Source of the DNA: Ylistrum balloti | Taxonomy: Eukaryota | NCBI RefSeq assembly: GCF_031769215.1 | Contig: NW_026782019.1 | Span: 682,001 to 746,000 of the forward strand | Direction: 5' to 3' | DNA: 64,000 nucleotides | In this document: positions 13,701 through 23,400 of the stretch, piece by piece | Layout of the letters: each line of letters opens with the position of its first letter | How positions within the stretch are numbered: the first letter of the stretch is position 1 | Made by a program: the position numbers and the translations under genes | Notes under the pieces: model-generated | What the model was told of the DNA's origin: nothing | What the model saw: only the letters and a program-made list of their open reading frames with translations | The model's database searches: none

Positions 13701-16700
13701 CCTCTATTCCTAATGTCCAGATGGACTGTACTCCAATCCTCTATTCCAAATGTCCAGATTGACTGTGCTCCAATCCTCTATTCCTAATGTCCAGATTGAC
13801 TGTGCTCCAATCCTCTGTCGCTAATGTCCAGATGGACTGCACTCCAATCCTCTATTCCTAATGTCCAGATGGACTGTACTCCAATCCTCTATTCCAAATG
13901 TCCAGATTGACTGCCTTCCAATCCTCTATTCCTAATGTCCAGATTGACTGTGCTCCAATTCTCTGTCGCTAATGTCCAGATGGACTGTACTCCAATCCTC
14001 TATTCCTAATGTCCAGATGGACTGTACTCCAATCCTCTATTCCAAATGTCCAGATTGACTGTGCTCCAATCCTCTATTCCTAACATCCAGATTGACTGTG
14101 CTCCAATCCTCTATTCCTAATGTCCAGATTGACTGTGCTCCAATCCTCTGTCGCTAATGTCCAGATGGACTGCACTCCAATCCTCTATTCCTAATGTCCA
14201 GATGGACTGTACTCCAATCCTCTATTCCAAATGTCCAGATTGACTGCGTTCCAATCCTCTATTCCTAATGTCCAGATTGACTGTGCTCCAATTCTCTGTC
14301 GCTAATGTCCAGATGGACTGTACTCCAATCCTCTATTCCTAATGTCCAGATGGACTGTACTCCAATCCTCTATTCCAAATGTCCAGATTGACTGTGCTCC
14401 AATCCTCTATTCCTAACATCCAGATTGACTTTGCTCCAATCCTCTATTCCTAACATCCAGATTGACAATGCCCCAATCCTCTATTCCTAATGTCCAGATT
14501 GACAGTGCTCCAATCCTCTATTCCTAATGCATAGATTCATCAAAATGGTGTTTTACATTCTCGATGGCCTTGCTTATAATTGTTCATATAAATATTTTTT
14601 CATTGTTGTACTCTGTCAGACGACCACCATATCTGCGGTGTCTACCCATCTTGTGTTCGGCCCTCCACCAAACCGGCGACGTGGGAGGACGCTGTAGATG
14701 AATGTCAGCTTAACAATGGAACCATTGCAACAGTTGACGTCACACACATGCATGAGAGTGATGAAATCATCACAGTTCCACCTGGTCAGTTCTGGATCGG
14801 TCTTAGTAAGCAAGAAAGCTGGAAATGGACAAATGGTAAATACAAAAATGTACTGTGGTTTTAATTCGATGAACATGTCTAAATGCTTTTCTTTCTTTCA
14901 TCATCTTTTATTCCGATTTGTCTATTTCATATGTGGTGTAATATTCGGCGTCATTGCTAAAAATAAAAGTCTTATATGTCCCATCTTAACTTGATCAGAT
15001 GTATGCACAATTTATGATTTCCTTGCCATACCTTAAGTTGGAGGCGATGAGGGGCTGTTTGTCTTCATGACAATTGTATTACGTCACATTAACAAGTGAC
15101 GTCATGTCAATAATTCAATAACGTCACGTCAACAATGCTAAATACTGAGACAACAATAACATTATATACAATGAGGAAAAGCTTAAAAGTTAAGAAAAAA
15201 GTAAGCTTTCACCTTGTCGGTGAGATAGGGGGGATATCAACATCAGGAAGCAAATTTTCACCTTAGGCATATATCTCCCGCGGATTAAAAACCCTCCGTC
15301 TATTATCACGTAATAGAAGGAAATATTATATCAATCATAATGCTGAACCTATGGTTGATCAATACAATTATTAAACAATGTTTTATGAAGATGAGGTCCA
15401 GTGCTGACACTTTTGGTTAATTGATTGATACCAAGAATAATTCCTCGTTATGATATTGTGTCATCGGAACTATGAAAACTTTATTCCACATTGTATTCCA
15501 GGGGTACCTATTCCGGCTACATACTTCCATGCCGACCGGTATGATAAATGCACGAGCGACACGTGCGTCGTGTTACAAAAGAAAGGCGACCTCAAACTGG
15601 CCGGAGATTTGTGTGATAATAGGAGACCTTTCATATGTCAATTCTGTAGGTGTTCTCTACGATTACGTTGCCTTCTATATCATGACATATAACAGTTTAT
15701 GTAAAAGTAGCACTTTAGTAGAAGGGATTAATATTATTAATGATTAAATGACGAATAACTTAAGGATGTGTTCTAGCGGATTTTCCCGTATTTTCTCTTT
15801 CCCAAAAAATATTGTCCTTGATATTTTTCTCTGGAAATATTTATCAGATTTGTGAAGTAACTCGGCAGGAATATAAAATATCAATCGTTGTACGTAAACT
15901 ATACAGATATAATCCACGTACTGATTGCACCATTCATCAATATATTCGCCCAAACTGTAAGCATGTGGAGAGCAATGGTAGATCAATCGCTCTACACGCT
16001 GTACTCTAAATAAATTTTAGTGTCGGTAGGTAGCAATACCCTAGAATCAATTTAATCGCTCAAAAGAAATAAGTAAGCCACAGTTCGACGCAATAGATCA
16101 CCCAGTTGATACCCCAATATGAACATAAGTATGAGGTAAATGTAGTTTATATGTTACATAGAAACACGCGGGTAAAATCAATATCCCTAATGTATTTCCG
16201 TATTGTTCCCTTCTCCTTAACGTGTCGTCATTGTCACTGTAAATTTCCATTTGAATGAAAAAAGAAATTTCAATGTGTTGAATTGCATCAACGCCACGCC
16301 CTACTAAAAAGGACAAATTATTGAAGACGTTTGGAAAACGATTTCGTTTGCATCGGTTCAAATGTTACGTATTAAAACAATAGCATTCAAATTGAGATGA
16401 TTACTTTTGGTTTTTAATAACGATTTTCGGCATGATGCTGTTGTTTTTGTTTACGTTAATGTTTGATGATAAATGGACCCACATTCGTATATACATATCC
16501 ACATTTCTTCGATAAATCACTTATCTTTATTGATTTCATAGATGTGGAGCACCATTCACCGGTCAAGAACCCACCCTTTGATCAGAAAGATGACCCCTCT
16601 GTAGGGGTTAAAGGTCGGAAAAACAATACCTCAACTGGGGACCCGGATGTTGAATCCAGAGAGGAGATGTACAAAACCGGTAAATATTGTGATCTGTAAC

Positions 16701-18913
16701 AGACTTTCTGTGTGAACAAGATTATGATAAATTTTATAGAGTGCCTCGATACTATGAGTGATATTTTCATTGGCTACCGTAATTAATACAGTGTTTATGG
16801 TGGTTTCTGTTTGAAAAAGATTATCTCGTTGAAACGAGGGATAAGTTTTATCCGAAAAAAGTATACGGTAAACGTAAGTTAAAATTGCGCTGAATGCTGT
16901 TAACTGATTACTTGCTGATAGATAATACCATTGGTGATATTATCCGTTTTGTTTCAGTGATGTACCTGGCGATCGGAGTGGCCTCTGGGATGGCTTTCGT
17001 CTTCTCTATCTGTATCATAGCCTATGTGGCTAGACGGTAAATCTTTCCTTCTATATCAACATTATTAACATTTAAAACTAAACATGTTTTGTTTTGTTTT
17101 TGAGGCAAAAAAAAAAATCTGATTTTCATGTGTAATTTGATTTGTTTTTTGAGAAAATCGAACCATTTAGTAAACAAATTATTATTTCTAATAGTCTATC
17201 AGCAGTCTCTATAATCTGCAGTCTCGAAGATTGTACAAAAGACACAAAATGTATTGCACCATTGAATACAAATTTGGATAAGATAAAGTAGAGGCAAACA
17301 ATGAAGTAAACTTCATCATACAGATGTTAAGTACTGGTTTTTGTCTAAGTATATAATAATTTTTGATATCTTGTAATACGCGGATGTCCCACAGGGTTAA
17401 GCTTGAATACGTACTGATATACTAGTTGTAAGACAGTACAGTTTAGTGTATAAAACTTGAAAGAAAGTTATGTTTTATAAATATGTTCGATATAGTTAGT
17501 CACATTTGGTCCGATTTGGTCACATTTTACATGTCACAGTTTACATGCAATTGCTTCGATATTCAAGGGCCTGATCCCATTACCACGATTTTCGTGCTGT
17601 AAGTCATCAACTGACTACCAAACTAGTAATACAAGAGTTCTAAAGATGCAGTGTGATGAACATTATGGGGAAGTTTTGTAGTCGCCATAGTGATCTCATT
17701 GAGAAATATTCTATTCCTTTGTATGAAATGAGACTTTGCCTGATGATTTCTTTCTTGTATACCTTGTTCTCATTTGAGAACGTGACATTACTTCCTTGAA
17801 TTGACCAAGGTTTACATGGCGGTTGTCGTCGATGCAGCAGAAGACTCATTCAGATCACCGGGTTGTCCCTCTTGTCCTTTTTCTGGAGTTTCCTTTTAAA
17901 CATTTCTTTTGTTCATACTTCGCCCTATTTTTATTGAATTTGAGTTTGGATTATGATTATGTTAACATGTTGGTATTTGCTTGATGTTTCTTGACGGAAT
18001 TACTTTACACGTACATTTTTCATTTGCTTTTCGGCTTCAAACATCGTTGTCATTGAATCTGATGCATCTTTGTTTATCAATTTATATACTAACATACTTT
18101 GGAGATATCATTCAATGTGTCTTATTTGGCGCGATGTAGAACATATACAATTTTAATAAGTAATATAAAACACCAATATGCACGACTGTATTACATACAT
18201 ATGTAATCAATGCATAAGTAATTCTGTTACTTTCTTGATTATCAATTTACAGTTGCAGGCAGCGTTCCAAATGGAAAGCAAGGGGAGGATTCCGACATCG
18301 CAGAGTCAACAACAATGGAGGATTTGTAAACGAATCAATGCACGGGTCCTCATCAGCTCCGCACAAACAGGAAACGGATGTAATTCTTTACGACATTCCT
18401 TGTGATTCTCAAGCGTCGTCGGAGTCGCCTTTTCGGCGGACGCAGCGAGTCCTTCGCGAAGAATCGTTACGGGAAACACCATATACACACACTCGAAGAG
18501 GATCTGACGGGTACCGCAGTCTGTCCTGGAAACGAGTCCCTAGCGGCTCTAGAAAGGAAAAGGATACCAAGCCCAGGGAGCGACAATTCAGTCGCCCTGA
18601 GATTCGATCGGTGTACACGGGACCAGAGACGGAGAGGTCGTTCATGGATGCCAGTTACATGATCCATCAGGTACAGGCACAATGTCACAACGATCGTCAG
18701 GTTCCACGCAGCGAGTATGTAGATATTGAAACCACCGCCAGACAGCGCACTCGCAGATTCTCCGACTTGGAGAACGATGATGCTATTCACTTGGCAGACA
18801 CGTATAGTCAACCAGTTCGAAATAGGAGACCAAGCGACAACGGAGCGTTATCATCAATGGACACCAGTGATTTGTATGCTTGTGTACATAAAGTCATGTC
18901 AAATCGAGACTGA
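5243..18913 (+). CDS. Type I transmembrane receptor: signal peptide - C-type lectin domain with inserted WSC domain - second C-type lectin domain - stalk - TM - tyrosine-motif cytoplasmic tail (about 650 aa)
   Basis: Ten exons with GT-AG ends and consistent phases: 5243-5309 (signal peptide MDAFLIVTNVLIIQLSLSIRVLG), 7483-7710 (CTLD1 N-half: TWSEARDFC, WVAG, WDWYD), 8239-8384 and 8556-8688 (WSC, 8 Cys: YRGC...DCFKKC...YCIC...CDITCPG...RCGG...SLY), 9317-9457 (CTLD1 C-half: WGQDEP, GCVYV, WHASHC, FLC), 14620-14835 and 15502-15645 (CTLD2: TWEDAVDEC, FWIGL, CVVL, LC, FIC), 16542-16679 (stalk), 16958-17036 (TM), 18253-18913 (tail, TGA). Total 1953 nt, an intact frame. Confidence 0.88.
7716..7766 (+). 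repeat. Poly-T followed by (GA)n microsatellite
   Basis: T run directly after the exon 2 donor, then about 15 GA units at 7737-7766. Confidence 0.95.
10300..14530 (+). repeat. 37-bp minisatellite array in intron 5 of the lectin receptor gene
   Basis: Consensus AATGTCCAGATTGACTGTGCTCCAATCCTCTATTCCT. Well-conserved core at about 10692-14530 (roughly 100 copies); more degenerate variant copies at about 10300-10690, with relics to about 9900. Confidence 0.97.
17690..17870 (-). repeat. Dispersed repeat fragment, homologous to 29000-29215 on the opposite strand
   Basis: Reverse complement GCCATGTAAACCTTGGTCAATTCAAGGAAGTAATGTCACGTTCTCAAATGAGAACAAGG...TATTTCTCAATGAG aligns with GCAATGTAAATCTTTGTTAATTCTAGTAACTAAAGTCACGATCTCAAATGAGAACAAGG...TATTTCTCAATGAG at about 29060-29205. 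Confidence 0.7.
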
Positions 18914-19107
18914 TTTTATTCATATTAAAACCACCGCCAGGCAAAGTACCCACAGATTCTCTGGAGGACGATGATGATATCGACTCGGTACACACGTATA
19001 GTCAACCAGTTCTAAACAGGAGGCCAAGCGACAACAGAGCTGTGGCATTAATGGACACCAATAATCTGTGTGCTTGTGTACATAAAGTCATGTCAAATCG
19101 AGACTGA
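18912..19107 (+). pseudogene. Degenerate tandem duplicate of the last about 200 nt of the lectin receptor CDS
   Basis: Aligns with 18713-18913 (AAACCACCGCCAG...ACACGTATAGTCAACCAGTT...TGCTTGTGTACATAAAGTCATGTCAAATCGAGACTGA); offset 199 nt, with a 5-nt deletion, out of frame with the CDS. Confidence 0.9.
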
Positions 19108-19379
19108 TCTCATTGAGAAAAGGGCGTTGTTGTTGGCTTGATATGCAACACAATACATAGCTTTAATGAAGTCAACCAGCTCAAAAGAGTATCTTCTATA
19201 TATGCTTGACGTTATCTTTTTCCTAGATTTAAGGTACACTGCAAGTTATACTTCCGGTTTTAATATCTATGGTGAAAATTGAAGTCATGGATAGGTTACC
19301 TCGCGGTAGCTTTCAGATCTCCAGATTGAAAAAAGAGCACAAAGAGTATGTAATGATGAAAATGATTTTATTTATTTTA

Positions 19380-19890
19380 GCTGGTCTGTCTGTATGCTCC
19401 CCGATAATCATCGGCGGGATTGTATAGTCTCTGACTTGTCCGTCCATCCTAAGACGATTTGCGGTGTACCAAATTAACGACCCGCAACCCCTTAATCACA
19501 GAAATTAGGATAATGAAACTTGATGTATACGTTTATCATACAAATACCACAACTCCTTCATTACCGAGTTATTGCCCTTTGTTAAAAATATCTTTTCTGG
19601 AGCATAACTTTGTTTACTGTGTTGTGTACCAAATTCAGGGCCTTCAACTCCTCAATTACATATTATTTGCCCTTTTTAAAAAATATCTTGTCCCGAGCAT
19701 AACTTGCATGCATTTCAGGTTCGATAATAAAACTTGGTGTGTACATTGCTTATACAAAGACAATGTGCAGTATACCAATGGGGCAGGAGAGATGGTGGCT
19801 GGAGTTATTGCCCTTTGTTCAAATTTGTGTCAAAGGAAGTCATGCTTTATAAAGTTGGAATTCTTTATATAGCAAATCATCTCTTGTTTT
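19380..19890 (+). mobile_element. Non-autonomous Helentron-associated (HINE/DTC84/pearl-like) element with satellite-like internal monomers, probably truncated
   Basis: T-rich start, palindrome CCGAT-AATC-ATCGG, GTCC microsatellite seed, then recurring GAGTTATTGCCCTTT, GAGCATAACT and AAACTTG motifs typical of bivalve Cg170/BIV160-like arrays. Family assignment is from memory, not a search. Confidence 0.6.
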
Positions 19891-20089
19891 TATCTAAACA
19901 TATATATATATATATCAATTTCCTATCCTCACTATGACTACATTCGGTATACTTTTATTACAGTAGAAATATTTTCATCGAATTCCATTTACTATTGTTT
20001 GCGCAAATATTTGATTATCGCCTTTCGTAATACTGTACACATCTGTCTTCTCGTTTTGTGAGTTGATTTCCGGTTATTACCGGTACATG

Positions 20090-20390
20090 TACATTTACAA
20101 TTTATCAATTTGACTTGTGACTTTATTGGGTGTCGTTTCTACCGTTTACTTTTATGACTTTAACAGTACTTTAAAAGTTGTTCAGTCTTGTATCAGTTAC
20201 GGTCAGACATGATCCAGAAACAAACATTCGGCGCTTGGAACGGTGCAGAATCAAATCATTTATCAACGTTTTTCGGGATTTAAGAATACAAATGGAAATC
20301 TTTCCGCAGTTATTCCAGTTTTCCTTCGTCTGTAATTTGTCCATGGCTCTCGCCCGCGATGGTGGAAATGACATACACTATACACAACGA
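20090..20390 (-). pseudogene. Degenerate copy of GAD exon 12 with flanking intron sequence, downstream of the GAD stop codon
   Basis: Aligns with about 20900-21210; the copy encodes [15 protein letters not shown] versus the real [17 protein letters not shown]; acceptor changed from CAG to CCG; internal deletion. Confidence 0.85.
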
Positions 20391-20429
20391 TGTGATCATA
20401 ATATATTGACAGGGTGATAGGATACACTG

Positions 20430-23400
20430 TTATATACCTTTCGCCAAAAGTTCTAGCTCACTGACAACGAAGTCCAGGTCTGATTCTTGGAGAGCTGGAT
20501 TCGAAATAGCCACACGGAAAAAGTTTGGCAAGTCAAGTAAAGGTTGATAAGCTAGCATCATCGAACCTTTCTCCATCATCGCAGCCTTCAGTCTAGGAGC
20601 AACCTTTAACATTTTAAAAATTTACTTTCATTAGTGCCGAACAAGGTCTGCCTAATTTGAAGCTATTGTATAAACGATATTATCTATACGTCATAGTAAC
20701 TTATTGTCTGATTTTTAGACTTGTAGACTGATATATTAAATTTGCTTGCTATAATTATTTTTTTATTATTATTGCTTCATTTGTTATTTCATTTTACTTC
20801 ATTTTCGCCATCTTTTATTCATTTCGCATTTCGCAGCCACACCTTGCTGTACTTACACCTATTCTGTCAAAACTGTATTAAAATAAACAAATATTTATGG
20901 TTTACATTTTGATTCGTATTTGTGACTTTACTAGGCGTCACTTTTAGTGTTTAGTTGTATGACTTTAAAATTAATTAATACCTTTCCTAGTTCAGTCTTG
21001 TATTTGTCAGGATCTTCAACACAGGCTACGCTATCAGGTATGAACCAGAAGCAAACATTTGGCGCCTGGAACTGTGCGAATATATACAAAATTAAATTAT
21101 TCATCATCATATTTCGGAATTCAAGAAAACAAATGTTTTATATTTTTCACGTCTTTCTCATTCTGTAATTTGTCAATGTAATAGCGGAAATGATATTCAG
21201 TATAGACATTTTAGTGTTCCTTAGTTTGAACGCATTTTGATACGAATGCATAGTTCAAATACAAAGGCGATCGTGCATATAGCTTTTGCGTTCAGGAGAA
21301 AATAACATTGAAAAATATTTTAATGTTACCTCGTTATTGACAAGTTTGAAATTTGGTCTTTCATGAATTTTGTTCATCAAATACTTGGCAAGCCTGAAGT
21401 TTTTGTCAATTTGACTCTCGAAACCCTTGTCACCCTGAAAGATATAAACAAATATTTACTGAGAGATGGTTTGTTGTTATTTAGACTAAAAGGATGTATA
21501 CATGGATAAAAAATGTGATAGAATAAATATATTAAAGAACAGCTACCAAATTCGAAATTATTTAAATCTAATGGATACCTTTGCTCTCCACATCAGCCAC
21601 AGTTTAAATACGTCGTTATGACGTCCACATTGTATTGTTTTATCGCCAGTATCATACGTGACGTCATAATGTTTGTCGTTCTGGTATAAGTAGGAAGCGC
21701 CTAGTGCATTCACATCATGGAGAATACCCTTAAAACAAAGAGAGAGAGAGAAAAAAGCAAAGTAACGTCAAATTATATTTAATCAACATTGTTATTTTCG
21801 CTATATGCTGCAGAGATTTTTCTTAATATAAGTAGTATGTTCCTATACGCTGAGAACAATGCTAATTGCCGAAGGAACAATTTGGTCTTCACATATCTAG
21901 TGATCTTTAAGGTATTGAGAATGTTAAATATGAACAAGCAAAGACATGGGTTCAAGAACAAGATGTGTTCATTAATAGGAGTTATCGTTCATTCCTATTC
22001 CACTTCGAAAACAAGTCGATCTCGAAAAAGGAGCCTTGCACGAAAATAAGTCGAGTCTTTATGGTTTTCCACTTGAGATGTCATATTCCTTAGATTATCT
22101 TGGTGAGTTAAGTAGATCATAATATCGCATTATGTAACAATTTCGAAAGCAATTGAATAAATGCATTATGTGATAATCGACAAATTGGAAGAAGTGAAAA
22201 CATATGTTAACTGATAACTTTGTCTCCGTCACAAGACTGTTAACTGCCAAAGATTTGTCCTCATCCTCCTACACAATGTTGGACAAACGTTACATAACGT
22301 TCATACCTTCTGACGGAGAAGGATCGCCGAACACTGTAGCGGTACTCCCATCATCTTGTGTGGATTCCATGTCATAGAGTTAGCACTGGTAAGGAGACAA
22401 TTTGTGAAATACTCCTGTAAGTCGTTAGTGAATAATTTTCTATCCCGACTCATCAGATTTAAGCATGAAAGTAGATTATCAATATTGTTCATTAACATCA
22501 TATCAATTAGGATTTTGTACAACAATCCTTATCTTCATCTTATCAATAATACAGTAATAGTAATAACAGTAAAACGTACTTGTATGGTTGCCTGTCCTAT
22601 AAGACAGCACATTATAATTATAAAACGCTGAAATGATGGATTTGCCATACTGATGTATTAAGGATACAAACGAATATATCAACGTTGAAATCTACTACAA
22701 TATGAAAAGGATAAGCAGCACACGTTCATACATAAACAGTTCAATGTACATTTATATAACATGGAGAACAAATGTGAGGACTATTCATTTTCTTCATAAC
22801 ACTCTCATTGTACTTATATCTGAAGGTGCTGGTCAAATAAAACATGTTCGAGGTTACTGCATTAAATCGCCTGTCTCACTGACAAATGAACTGATTCATA
22901 TATCTTAGATTGCCAAGCAAAAAGTAAATAATACAGCAATGAGTCGTTACTGTTACATTTAGCTAGAAATATTTGCAAACAAATATCATTGTCTCTCATC
23001 AACACAGATCAGTACATCAAAATCACTGAGATAGCATGTTAAATACAATAAAAACCAACTTACCTAGATACGCCTGCTAACAAGTGTCTGTGTCTTTCAG
23101 ACAGTAATACAGATCCTCCCCAAGCACCCTATGAATGTATGACAGACAAAGAGAAAGAAAAAAACCCATTAAAATTCGTGCATTTGATAGTTATATCTAA
23201 CGTGATTCCATTTCAAACAAAACAAATTTGCATGCACTTATGTTCTTTGTATTGTTATTTCTCAGGAAACATTTCTGTAATATGTGGTTTGTATTCAGCG
23301 TGAAGTCACCAAATTAATTAAACAAACCAAAAGTGTATAATGCCTTACATCAACATGAAGCCATATATTGTATTTCTTGCAAATAGCGGATATGTCGTTG

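Noticed and set aside
10692-14530. CRISPR array (37-bp repeats)
   Set aside because: Units are contiguous with no unique spacers, there are no cas genes, and the context is a eukaryotic intron.
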